NCBI GenBank assembly: GCA_965207885.1
Contig: OZ242311.1
Coordinates: 1,600,001 to 1,664,000, forward strand
DNA from: Candidatus Latescibacterota bacterium
GTDB taxonomy: Bacteria; Latescibacterota; UBA2968
DNA length: 64,000 nt
Direction of reading: 5' to 3'
Shown here piece by piece: positions 29,585 through 39,500 of the stretch (position 1 is the first letter of the stretch; the number at the start of each line of letters is the position of its first letter). The notes under the pieces were generated by a model. That model had not been told where the DNA came from, did not search any database, and saw only the letters and a program-made list of their open reading frames with translations. The position numbers were made by a program, and so were the translations under genes.

Positions 29585-29613
29585 CGCGTTCCAACCCCCT
29601 CAAAATACGCACC

Positions 29614-31020
29614 TCAATGTCCGCCATGTCCGCCATGTCCGCCATGTCCGCCATGTCCGCCATGACCACCAACATCCCCTCGCATCCCCGCCAGTGCAGC
29701 CTTCAAATTGCTCTCTGAATCGATCAAAAATTGCGCCGAAGTCACAATCCGCTCCCCTGAATTTAGCCCCTTCAGCACCTCATATCCATCCTCAGTCTCG
29801 ACCCCGATGTGAACCTCGCGCGGCTCAAACCTGCCGTCTCCGTGAGCCATCACAACAACCCTTCGCGTCCCCGAATGAATCACTGCCTGAGCGGGTATCA
29901 CAATACCCTCACGCGCCACCTCGGGGCGAATCACCACATCGGCATACATATCCGGTTTAAGCGCACCATCTGCATTGTCAAAAACCATCCGCACCTGCAC
30001 CGTGCGCGTCTTTTCATTCATAAACGGAAAAATATAATCCACTTTCCCCTCAAATTGCTCACCCGGCAAATAAGACAGCGACACCTCTGCGCGCTGCCCT
30101 TTGGAAACCCAGGGCATCTCGTACTCGTACACATCTGCATAAATCCACACCACCGACAGATCCGCAATGCGATACAGATGTTGGCCCGACCCGATATACG
30201 CACCCTCCAGCACATCTTTGTGCGTCACAATCCCCGAACGAGGAGCCAGAATGGGCATTGTCCGCCCAACCCGTCGCGTCTTTTCCAACTCTGCAATCTG
30301 CCCCGCCGAAATATCCCAGTACAGCAACCTTTGCCGCGCAGCAACGAGCAGATCGTCGGCACTTTGCGCCACATCTCGATCCACACCACCGCGCATTCTC
30401 TCTGCATAATCCAGAGCCGTCAAATACTCCTCTTGCGCTGCAACCAGTTCAGGGCTATAAAGCGCCAGCAAAGGCTGCCCCTTTTCCACCCACTGACCGG
30501 TATAATCCACATACAACTCTTCAACCCACCCGGCGATCTTACTATTCACATCCATAATCCGCGTCTCGTCATAATCCACCCTGCCCACCGCGCGCACCGT
30601 GCGCTTCAAAGGCTGCTTTTCCACCACCATCGTCTTCACACCAATATTCTGAATCGTCACAGGATCAATCTGCACGCTTCCATCCTGAACTGACGACGCA
30701 TCAGCCTCCTTCACCACCAGATCCATACCGCAAATAGGACAACTACCCGGCTTATCCGATACCACCGTCGGATGCATCGGACAAATATATGTTTCGTGAT
30801 CCGCATGCATCTTATGACCGTGCCCACCATCCACCTCCTTCACCACCAGATCCATACCGCAAATAGGACAAGATCCGGGCTTATCCGACACCACCGTCGG
30901 ATGCATCGGACAAATATATGTTTCCAACGCCTGCACCTGCTCTGTATGCGTATCTCCCGAAATCCAGACCCCGCCAACAAATCCCACAATCAATGATAGA
31001 ATTGGAAGGAGATATTTCAT
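29614..31020 (-). CDS. cusB: CusB-like membrane fusion protein with two heavy-metal-binding (YxCPMHP) domains and a (GGH)6 tail
   Basis: Two copies of YICPMHPTVVSDKPGSCPICGMDLV, YSPELVAAQEEY, LKPDMY and FLIDSESNL. Confidence 0.92.
   Translation of the reverse strand: MKYLLPILSLIVGFVGGVWISGDTHTEQVQALETYICPMHPTVVSDKPGSCPICGMDLVVKEVDGGHGHKMHADHETYICPMHPTVVSDKPGSCPICGMDLVVKEADASSVQDGSVQIDPVTIQNIGVKTMVVEKQPLKRTVRAVGRVDYDETRIMDVNSKIAGWVEELYVDYTGQWVEKGQPLLALYSPELVAAQEEYLTALDYAERMRGGVDRDVAQSADDLLVAARQRLLYWDISAGQIAELEKTRRVGRTMPILAPRSGIVTHKDVLEGAYIGSGQHLYRIADLSVVWIYADVYEYEMPWVSKGQRAEVSLSYLPGEQFEGKVDYIFPFMNEKTRTVQVRMVFDNADGALKPDMYADVVIRPEVAREGIVIPAQAVIHSGTRRVVVMAHGDGRFEPREVHIGVETEDGYEVLKGLNSGERIVTSAQFLIDSESNLKAALAGMRGDVGGHGGHGGHGGHGGHGGH
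29617..29670 (-). repeat. 9-bp tandem repeat encoding (GGH)6
   Basis: ATGTCCGCC five times plus one variant ATGACCACC on the + strand. Confidence 0.95.
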
Positions 31021-31039
31021 GTCTCAACTCCTTTTTAAA

Positions 31040-31064
31040 CGGGCAGACACAGGCCTGCCCCTAC
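31040..31064 (-). repeat. GTAG-family REP-like palindrome
   Basis: Minus strand GTAG-GGGCAGGC-ctgt-GTCTGCCC-G between cusC and cusB. Confidence 0.55.
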
Positions 31065-31071
31065 CTCGCAC

Positions 31072-32331
31072 CTAACGCCCCACCGCCGCCGCCAGATCCG
31101 CCACCCGTTTTTCATGCTCAATCACATGTCGATAATGTGCGATCTCAAAATTCAATAGCGTCACCTGATTATTCAACAACGTCAAAAAATCCACCTTATC
31201 CACCCGATACCCCGACAATGCCGACGCCAGCGACTGCTCTGCCTGGGGCAACATCGCAGAGCGAAACAACTCGGCACTTTCCCGGTGTTGTCTGACCTCA
31301 ATAATTAGACGCTGAATCTCGTAGTGAATCTCCTGGCGTTCAGCAGCCTTTTGAGACTCAACCTCTCGCAGATTGGCTCTCGCTTCTGCAATCTGCTGGC
31401 GTTGCTTGCGTCCGCCAAACACGGGAAGTGGAATACCTATACCAACAGATATAAAATCGCTTCCTTTCACCGGATCATTGGCCGCAAACACGCGCTGGCG
31501 ATAACCCAAACTCACCGTCATATCCGGCCAAACATTTCTTCTCGCAACCTCAACCTCTGCTCGCCACATCAAAATCGATTGATCCATAGCTTTCAGAGAT
31601 GGGTGCCTCTCATCGGCTTGAGCCAGCAAGACATCAATCGTCAGCGGCACGCCTGAAAGACCAATAGTATCTGGCGGCGCGCCCAAAGAACCTTGTGGAG
31701 ACCGATTCAACACCAGATTCAAACGCGTCTCTGCCAATTGCTTTTTAGCCCGAAGAGCAATCAACTCCGTATCCAGTGCAGAAAGCGAAACCTGAGCTTT
31801 TAACACATCCTGTTGCAACCCTTTTCCAACGGCGTATTTCGTGCGAGCAATGCGAATCAGATCTTGCAACAAAACCCGATTCTTTTCCATAATCGCAATG
31901 GCACGGATCACATAAGCCAGATCAAAAAAAGGCTGCTTAATCGCATTGGCAATTACCAGTTCTCGGTCACGCAACAGCCATGCAACAGAGTCTGAGGCAA
32001 ACTGGGCTGATCGCTCGCGCGCCCGCTGTTTTCCCGGAAAAGAAAACTTCTGACTGACCACAAATTGATTCCCACTCATCGGCGTACTACTCAAATTGAA
32101 ATCGCTCAACGGCACATTGCTCACCTCAAAGCGAAAAGACGGATCTTCCAGCGCGCCCGCCTGCGGAATTTTCGCTTCAAAAGCAGCCAACCGCGCCCGC
32201 AGAACCGACAAATTGGGATTATTTTCCACAGCCTCCTGAATCAGCCCATCCAGATCCAGTTCATCTGCCCGCACAGGCAAAAAAGATATACCCATGAGGC
32301 ATAGTCCGATCATGGCTCGGATAGCATACAC
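31072..32331 (-). CDS. TolC family outer-membrane factor (CusC/CzcC-like)
   Basis: Signal peptide, AVENNPNL, VSQKFSFPGK and YRVDKVDFLTLL; position in the efflux operon. Confidence 0.9.
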   Translation of the reverse strand: MYAIRAMIGLCLMGISFLPVRADELDLDGLIQEAVENNPNLSVLRARLAAFEAKIPQAGALEDPSFRFEVSNVPLSDFNLSSTPMSGNQFVVSQKFSFPGKQRARERSAQFASDSVAWLLRDRELVIANAIKQPFFDLAYVIRAIAIMEKNRVLLQDLIRIARTKYAVGKGLQQDVLKAQVSLSALDTELIALRAKKQLAETRLNLVLNRSPQGSLGAPPDTIGLSGVPLTIDVLLAQADERHPSLKAMDQSILMWRAEVEVARRNVWPDMTVSLGYRQRVFAANDPVKGSDFISVGIGIPLPVFGGRKQRQQIAEARANLREVESQKAAERQEIHYEIQRLIIEVRQHRESAELFRSAMLPQAEQSLASALSGYRVDKVDFLTLLNNQVTLLNFEIAHYRHVIEHEKRVADLAAAVGR

Positions 32332-32466
32332 AAGCCACCTCCAGAGAATCTATATTTAGTATTTAAAAAGGAAAAAGTCCGCAAAACATGCGGCAGAAAA
32401 AACGACAATCGGGAACAATTTGTACACACCTATCCCCAAATGCCATTCACGCACAGGAAGGAAAAA

Positions 32467-32820
32467 TCAGATGAGAAATGCAGCGTGGAGAAGATACAGA
32501 TCGGGCGGTGATCGCAAAGCTCTCTGGCGATCATCCACCACAAAAGGAAGGAAATTACTCTGGGAAAGAACAACAGAGGAATACAACGTCACACAAGTCA
32601 AATCCAACTTTGGATTTTGCCATCCACCGGGCAAAACAGCCACGTCGCCCGCTGGCATCTCCTGATCAACTGCTGCCTCTTTGGTACAACAGCAATCTTT
32701 CATCTCTGCCGCAGCATGACACTCTGGCATCGACACCTGATGCGCCCAGCACAGACAGGGTGCAACCATTCCTATGAGCGTCAGCGCGACAATAAGAATG
32801 TACGGAAAACGATGAAACAC
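32467..32820 (-). CDS. Cys-rich exported small protein with C-terminal RSPP motif (DUF2946/HYC_CC_PP-like uORF)
   Basis: Signal or TM segment, CLC...ECH...DCCC, and C-terminal RALRSPPDLYLLHAAFLI; first gene ahead of the cusCBA-type operon. Confidence 0.7.
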   Translation of the reverse strand: MFHRFPYILIVALTLIGMVAPCLCWAHQVSMPECHAAAEMKDCCCTKEAAVDQEMPAGDVAVLPGGWQNPKLDLTCVTLYSSVVLSQSNFLPFVVDDRQRALRSPPDLYLLHAAFLI

Positions 32821-32897
32821 GGCTCAAATCTCCAGAAGTTGGAAAGTTTACAAAAAAATAGCCAAAAGCGCTTATTTCGTCAAGACACATATTTTTT

Positions 32898-33593
32898 TTA
32901 CCACCACCCGCGCCGCCGGCCTCGCCGACCCCGATCATTTTCCCGGTCTTCGGGCGACTCGCCAATCACAATATCAAAATTTGCCGTCAATTCGCCAATC
33001 TCAGACCCGGGCAATGGCTTAAACGGCACGGACAGCAAATCGTGAGACGCGCGACCAGTATTCCTGAAAATAGAATCCCACTCATTGTCCGGATTGTCTT
33101 TCACGTACATCTGCGAGGTCAAAAGCCGGTGCCCATTTTTATTAATCGCAAAATGAATATGAGCGGTTCGCGACCCCCCGTACCGCACGGGCTTAATCGT
33201 CCGAAAGCGATATTCACCCGTAGATCCCGTCTCAAAACGCCCAAAACCCTGAAAATTGGTATCTCGCCTATTGCGCCGCGGAGCCTCAGAATGGATATAA
33301 ACGCCATTGCTATCGACCTGCCAGATCTCCACTATGGCATCCTTTACGGGATTGGCATTCACATCCAGAACGCGCCCGGTCAAATGCGTAATCTCTCCCA
33401 CGGCTGGCGTAATCGCATCGTTGATTATCACGAGATCATTATCGACATCCAGCGGCATCTCATCCGGATAAAACGGACCCTCGGTTTGCCGGGGTGTAAG
33501 CGTCAGTTGCTCGGCAAAAACCCCTGGCGTCACAAAAACCGCAGCACCCAATGCAGCGGACTGATACAGAAAACGTCGGCGATTAACAGACAT
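32898..33593 (-). CDS. Tat-exported intradiol ring-cleavage dioxygenase family protein
   Basis: Tat motif NRRRFL; EGPFYP, VEIWQVDSNGVY, YRFRTIKP and RTAHIHF supply the Tyr/Tyr/His/His Fe ligands. SD GGAGG precedes the ATG at 33593. Confidence 0.88.
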   Translation of the reverse strand: MSVNRRRFLYQSAALGAAVFVTPGVFAEQLTLTPRQTEGPFYPDEMPLDVDNDLVIINDAITPAVGEITHLTGRVLDVNANPVKDAIVEIWQVDSNGVYIHSEAPRRNRRDTNFQGFGRFETGSTGEYRFRTIKPVRYGGSRTAHIHFAINKNGHRLLTSQMYVKDNPDNEWDSIFRNTGRASHDLLSVPFKPLPGSEIGELTANFDIVIGESPEDRENDRGRRGRRRGWW

Positions 33594-33665
33594 CACAACC
33601 TCCATTGCATAAAATCTTCTACATTAGATAACCAAGCTCAATATAGGCAATTTGAATAAAAAACA

Positions 33666-34361
33666 CTAAGGCCGAATCTCCACGTACCGCTCCAGGCGTG
33701 CGACTTCGCCATCATCGACGTACTTGCCGATTTCGCGCCGGAACTGCTCCATGCTCGAATACGGACGGTACTCCTCAAACTCGTGTGCCATCCGCTTTCC
33801 CACGCCGGGAATGGCGAGGATCTCTTCCTCGGTCGCCGTGTTCAAATCGATAGGCACAAAAACATACTGCTCCATCCGCGCAACCTCGGTATCATCTACG
33901 TATTTACCCATCTCACGGCGCCATTGGGCGATAGCCGTATAAGGTCGGTACTCCTCGAACTCGTGCGCCATCCGCTTTCCCACGCCAGGCACCAGAAGAA
34001 TCTCCTCCTCGCTGGCGGTATTCAGATTTATCGGAATAAACATCTGAACGTAGAGTTTCTCGACCTCCCCCTCACCGAGATGCTGTGTGATGACCGGGTG
34101 CAATGCTTCCATACCCAGGAACGGGCGTTGCGCCATAATCGCGTCAACGAGTTCCTTGCCCATCCCGGGAAGTGCGCCGAGTTCATCGGACCCTGCGAGA
34201 TTTGGATTGACGACCATTGCACTACTCGCGGCTTCTTCCGCGGGAGCGTCAGGGGCGGGAGTCTCTTCCACATTCGACCCACCACAACTCCAGAGCATCA
34301 CAAAACACACGAGCAACACCACCATATTGGTAAACTTCACGCTTCTTCCACAAATACTCAT
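33666..34361 (-). CDS. Lipoprotein with three helix-hairpin-helix (ComEA/PsbU-like) repeats
   Basis: Lipobox LWSC; two 60-aa repeats (xNLNTAxEEEILxxPGVGKRMAHEFEEYRPY) plus one degenerate copy. Confidence 0.8.
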   Translation of the reverse strand: MSICGRSVKFTNMVVLLVCFVMLWSCGGSNVEETPAPDAPAEEAASSAMVVNPNLAGSDELGALPGMGKELVDAIMAQRPFLGMEALHPVITQHLGEGEVEKLYVQMFIPINLNTASEEEILLVPGVGKRMAHEFEEYRPYTAIAQWRREMGKYVDDTEVARMEQYVFVPIDLNTATEEEILAIPGVGKRMAHEFEEYRPYSSMEQFRREIGKYVDDGEVARLERYVEIRP

Positions 34362-34837
34362 GTTCCCTCCTGAGAATTTCTCACTTCACCAGCCCGCAAA
34401 CCGGGGTGGCGAAAACAAACCGCTAAACCGAGCAACCCGAGAAGTGTCATCGTACCTGGTGCCAAAGATGGGGTGGCACCTCCCAGAGCTTCCCAAACAA
34501 GCTCAAGCCCGCCGCGGGACGGATACATCTCCAACTCGAACTCGACATTTCCCTTGTAGTGAAGCCACTGACCGCCAAAGCCCGAAACAACGAACAGCAC
34601 CATCAAAATCTGAAAAACGCGGACACTCGCCACGCCAGGCGCAATAAAGAGCCAACCGGCGCATGGAAGTGCCGCCACAAAGAGCACGAGAGGAACCCAC
34701 TGCCAGAAATCCTCCATATGCTCAAGGAGAACAAGCTCGGCTCCCGTGCCGACAATTCCCATCATCAAAATAGCGAGAACAAAACGCCGAAGCAGGTCGG
34801 CGTCTCCTCGCCGAGATTGTTGGGTTGAGATATCCAA
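34358..34837 (-). CDS. Hypothetical 4-TM membrane protein
   Basis: Four hydrophobic segments; its stop overlaps the start of the HhH gene (ATGA). Confidence 0.75.
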   Translation of the reverse strand: MDISTQQSRRGDADLLRRFVLAILMMGIVGTGAELVLLEHMEDFWQWVPLVLFVAALPCAGWLFIAPGVASVRVFQILMVLFVVSGFGGQWLHYKGNVEFELEMYPSRGGLELVWEALGGATPSLAPGTMTLLGLLGLAVCFRHPGLRAGEVRNSQEGT

Positions 34838-34992
34838 AACGCATTCCTATTTTTAATCACTAAACCTTAGACCAACCAATATGCCAGAACGTTCCCACCT
34901 ATCATCTCCCATCCCACATCTAAACCTTTTTATTTTTTTTATTAAGAATTATATTACACATCCTCACCATTCATTCCCAAAAGGAGAACCCA

Positions 34993-35370
34993 ATGAAAAA
35001 ACAACCCTTCACCAGCACGCGCGGCAACATCCCCAAATTCCCCTACTCACAAGCCATAATCTACGGCGACCTCATCTTCATCTCTGCCCAACCCCCGGTC
35101 GATCCGGAAACCGATGAAATTGTCGGAGACGATATCAAAACGCAAACCCGGTGCATACTCACCAATATCTCGGGCATACTCGAAGACGCGGGAACATCGC
35201 TCGACAACGTTCTAAAAGTAACCGCCATCCTCAAAGACCGCTCTCTTTTCTCGGACTTCAACGACGCCTACGCCGAATTTTTCCCGGAGAATGCACCCAC
35301 GCGCACGCCCATCTTCGGCGATACCGGCGTACACCTCATACTCCTCGACGTCATCGCGGGGATGGAATAA
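34993..35370 (+). CDS. RidA/YjgF/UK114 family protein
   Basis: PYSQAI, LIFISAQ, QTRCILTNI, LDNVLKVT, FNDAYAEFF and PTR; SD AAGGAG. Confidence 0.9.
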   Translation: MKKQPFTSTRGNIPKFPYSQAIIYGDLIFISAQPPVDPETDEIVGDDIKTQTRCILTNISGILEDAGTSLDNVLKVTAILKDRSLFSDFNDAYAEFFPENAPTRTPIFGDTGVHLILLDVIAGME

Positions 35371-36379
35371 CCTGAATCGCCAACTTACTCCCCACGCGAA
35401 TCGCCTGCAACATATTCACGGCCTTAGCGATGCCCTTGCCCGCGATATCATAAGCCGTACCGTGATCCACAGACGCCCGCACAATCGGCAAGCCCAGAGT
35501 CACATTGACAGCCTCATCAAACGCCACCAGCTTTGCGGGCACATGGCCTTGATCGTGATACATCGCCACCACGCCATCGTATATTCCATTGTAGGCCTTC
35601 AAAAAAGTCGTATCCGCAGGCAGAGGCCCATCAACGCGCCAGCCCTCACTCAGAGCCTTTTCAACTGCGGGACGGACGACCTCGGCATCTTCGCTACCGA
35701 ACAAGCCATTTTCGCCCGCGTGTGGATTTAACCCGCATACTGCTATCCTGGGGTCTAACTTACCCAGACCGACGAGCACATCGCGGGTAAGCCGAACCGT
35801 ATCGTAAATCAGATCAACCGTAAGCCTATCGGGAACCTCGTGCAACGCAATATGCCCCGTCACATGCGACACATTCATGCGATCAGATACCAGCATAAGA
35901 TGTGCGCGAGCTGCGCCCGATTTCTCAGCCAACAACTCCGTATGCCCCGCAAAAGGATAACCCGCCAGATTCATCGCCTCCTTATTTAAAGGCGCCGTCA
36001 CAATCCCGTCAATTCGATCCGCCATCGCCAGATCAACCGCGCGAATCACCCACTCAGCCGCTACTCTACCCGCCTCGCGACACACCTCGCCCATTGCAAT
36101 CTGATCCACATCCACATCGATCGGACACCAGACATCAACACACCCAAACTCAAACGCACCATCTTCGGGTTGCTTCACAACCCGCACATCCAATCGCACA
36201 CCAGCCACAGTCATATCGCGCTTCAATATTTCCGGATGCCCAATAACCAGCGGCTTACACACGCGATAGCTTTCCCCACGTGCCAGAGCCTTCAAAATTA
36301 CTTCCGGTCCTATACCACACGGATCGCCCATCGTAATGCCCATCAGCGGGCGTTTGTCTAAAACGTCTTTCTCTAACAT
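35351..36379 (-). CDS. pdxA: 4-hydroxythreonine-4-phosphate dehydrogenase PdxA family
   Basis: ITMGDPCGIGPE, TAPLNKE, GHTE, LNPHAGE, AMYHDQG and SVDHGTAYDIAG. Confidence 0.92.
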   Translation of the reverse strand: MLEKDVLDKRPLMGITMGDPCGIGPEVILKALARGESYRVCKPLVIGHPEILKRDMTVAGVRLDVRVVKQPEDGAFEFGCVDVWCPIDVDVDQIAMGEVCREAGRVAAEWVIRAVDLAMADRIDGIVTAPLNKEAMNLAGYPFAGHTELLAEKSGAARAHLMLVSDRMNVSHVTGHIALHEVPDRLTVDLIYDTVRLTRDVLVGLGKLDPRIAVCGLNPHAGENGLFGSEDAEVVRPAVEKALSEGWRVDGPLPADTTFLKAYNGIYDGVVAMYHDQGHVPAKLVAFDEAVNVTLGLPIVRASVDHGTAYDIAGKGIAKAVNMLQAIRVGSKLAIQVIPSPR

Positions 36380-36388
36380 AAAAATCCC

Positions 36389-36418
36389 AAAAAAAGTGGC
36401 GGTCTCAAAACCGCCACA
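36389..36418 (-). terminator. Intrinsic terminator after the RND gene and small ORF
   Basis: Minus strand GTGGCGGT-tttgag-ACCGCCAC-TTTTTTT. Confidence 0.85.
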
Positions 36419-36422
36419 ATCC

Positions 36423-36500
36423 TTACTTCTCTTTTCCCTGCCACCTCACCACCAGGACCGCAATGATATACACAACAATCATCCCAATCACTATTTCCAT
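36423..36500 (-). CDS. Putative 25-aa single-TM small protein downstream of the RND pump
   Basis: SD AAAGAGGA, then MEIVIGMIVVYIIAVLVVRWQGKEK*. It starts 19 nt after the RND stop and is followed at once by a terminator. Below the ORF-track cutoff. Confidence 0.65.
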   Translation of the reverse strand: MEIVIGMIVVYIIAVLVVRWQGKEK

Positions 36501-36519
36501 TACACATCCTCTTTAATCA

Positions 36520-39500
36520 TCAATCATCGTCGGCCGTATCATAAGCCTCATCCCTCGCGCGAGAGGCAAATGCGCCAGCGCTCAAACGCCGAATCGCCAG
36601 ACGCAAATCGTCGAGCAAGGTATAAAACAGGGGCACAACCAGCAACGTCAGAAATGTCGAGGCCAACAGCCCACCCATCATCGTGCGTCCCAAAGGCGCA
36701 TAAGACGAACCCATTGCATTGCTATCGCCCACAGCCATGGGCAGCAAGCCAAAGACCGTTGTAAACGTCGTCATCAAAATGGGGCGAAAGCGATTGTGCC
36801 CCGCTTCCATAATGGCATCAAAGCGATTCATACCATCGGCACGCAAGCGATTGACCATATCCACCAGCACAATCGCGTTATTCACCACCACACCGATCAA
36901 CACAATCACCCCCACAGACGCCATCCTATCCATGGGCGTGCCTGTCAAATACAGCGTCCAGTAAACACCCAAAAAAGAAAATGGAATTGAAAAAAGCACT
37001 GAAAACGGCAAAATAAACGACTCGAACAAAACGCCCATCAACAAAAACACACATATCACCGCCATCACAATTCCCAGCCGCTCAGAGGCTTCGTCCTCTC
37101 TAAGTTGCTTGAAACTCTCTCCCTTGTCCCACGAATACCCGCGGGGCAACTCGAGACCATCCATCACTTTGTCAATCTCCTCGGCCAGACCCTTAATATC
37201 TGCACGCGTCGTATAAGCCCTGACACGCAACTTGACCTTGCCATCGTACCGCGCAATGCGCCCCATCCCCCGCGAGACCTGGAAGAAGGCGACTTCGCTC
37301 AAAGCCACTTCTGTACCATCGTCGGTCTCAAACGGAAAATTGCGCAACTGATTCAAATTTTGTCGGTCTGTCCTATCCAGAAAAAGCCGCACCCGCACCT
37401 CGCCGTCATCGGACTTAAAACGGGGCAACGACACCCCTTGCAGACCATAAGAGATATAGCGCGCAACATCCCGTACAGAAATCCCAAGTCGTTTCGCCCG
37501 CTCCCGATCAATCACGACCCGCACCTCGTCATCGGCAAGTTCCAAATCCGTGTCAACGCCTACAAGAGACGGGATTTGTCTCAAGCGTCGCTCGACCTCA
37601 TCGACGAGACTGACCAGGACCTCGGTATCATCGCCTTCCAGATAAATCGACACGCCCGGATCACTACCACCGCCCTCATTGCGAGCCCCTTCCACGGAAT
37701 GCCGCACACCCACATATCTGGGCATATTTTTGCTAATATCTTCCGCGACTTCAGCCCGTTCCATGGGTCCAGCAACGGGTATCCCCAGAGCACTGCGCGT
37801 ATTTTTGTACGCCACGTACCACCACGGATCATCGCTCTTAGCCGGCATATACAAGCTCAGATTACCGTAGCCAGGTCGGTAGTAAACGCGCAGGGTTTCA
37901 TAGCCGTATTTTTCACGCCGCGCCTCCAGAAATTCCTCAACCTCCCCCACAATATCCTCGGTTTCTTCTGGCGAAAAGTGACGCGGCAACCTCAACCGCA
38001 CATCCAAATCGTTAAACGCGCCACCGCGGGGGCGGTCTGCGCGCTTCAGATTATCCAGGGGATACATCGTCGTTGCCGCAAGTGCCAGCGCGATCAACAC
38101 CGCGTCCCGGCGGTGTCGCAATGTCCAACTCAACATGCGCTCATAAATTCCTCGCGCCTTCACAATAATTTTGGGATTGGGACGCACCCGACCTTTGCCC
38201 AATCGCACCGACGCCAGGGGAATAAACAACAGCGCCACAAATAGCGATCCCACCAGAGCTACCCCAACCGGAACGCCCAGGCGCGTCATGTAAAAAGTCA
38301 TAAACATATTGCCGCTAAACAACATCATAGGCAAAAACACCACCACCGTCGTAAACGTCGCCATAGTAATGGCCTGCCCCACCTCACTCGCACCAAAGAT
38401 AGCGGCATCTTCGGGTGCCTCGCCATTGCCCCGCCGGCGATAAATATTCTCCAAAATCACAATGGCATTATCCACAACCAGCCCAATCCCAACCATAAGT
38501 CCCATCATAGTCACCACATTGAGCGACCAGCCGACAAAATACAACGCGGTCATCGCAATCATCACACACAGCGGAATAGCCAATGTAATAATGGCCGTCA
38601 TCCGCACGGTACGCAAAAAGAACAACAACACCAGCGCGGCAAATAGCCCGCCCCAAAGCCCGGTTTCCCGAAGATTGCGAATCGATTCCTTAATAAAAAA
38701 CCCCTGATTGAACATCACCTGAAACGACACCTGCCCGGCCATGCGCGGATCTTCTTCGATAGCTTTCAATTTTGCCACAACCCTATCGGTCACATCCGCG
38801 ACATTTGCACCCGACTCCTGTTTGATGCCAAAACTCATACCTCTTTTGCCATCAATGCGCTGCGTCCACGATTTTTCGGGCACCTCGAAAACCACCGAAG
38901 CCACATCGCCAAGGCGCACCTTGCCTGCCCGCGATTGAATCTGGATATTTTCAATTTCCCGCAACGTGACATACTGCGCCAGCGACCGCACGTAAAATTT
39001 CTTTGGTCCCTCCCGCACATACCCCCCGGCAAGTGCGAAATTGTCGCCCCTCAAGGTCGAAACAATCTCGCCAATGCGCACACCGCGCGCCCTCATGCGA
39101 TCTTGATCCACCTCCACCATCACTTCCTTGCGATCCGCGCCAAAAATATCCACGCGCCCAACCCCATCCACGCGCTCCAGAGGATACTGCACAAAGGTCT
39201 CGATAAACTGAAAGGGTTCTGTAATGGCCGAGTCAATCGACACAGCCACATACATAACAGACTTCGAATCCTGATCGTATTTGTGAATACGCACCTCGTC
39301 TCGCGCCTCTTCTGGCAACAGGGGCTTGAGGCGCTCGAGCCGATCCGAAACCTGATTGTACGCAACCACCATATCTGTATATTGACGAAATTCCATATGC
39401 ACGCGCGCGCCCCGAGAGCTGTAGCTACGCAGGGTCTTAATACCCTTTACGGTACGCAGCGTCTCTTCCAGCGGCAGGGTGATCTGTTGCTCGGTCTCCT

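Noticed and set aside
29617-29670. Short tandem repeat as a possible CRISPR or phase-variation tract
   Set aside because: There are no spacers, and the 9-bp unit keeps the frame and encodes GGH.
33666-34361. Calling the HhH protein comEA
   Set aside because: It is 31 kb from comEC, its repeats are acidic and its context is unrelated to competence, so the symbol was withheld.
37105-38244. 379-aa + strand ORF
   Set aside because: Antisense to the RND permease with no domain signal.
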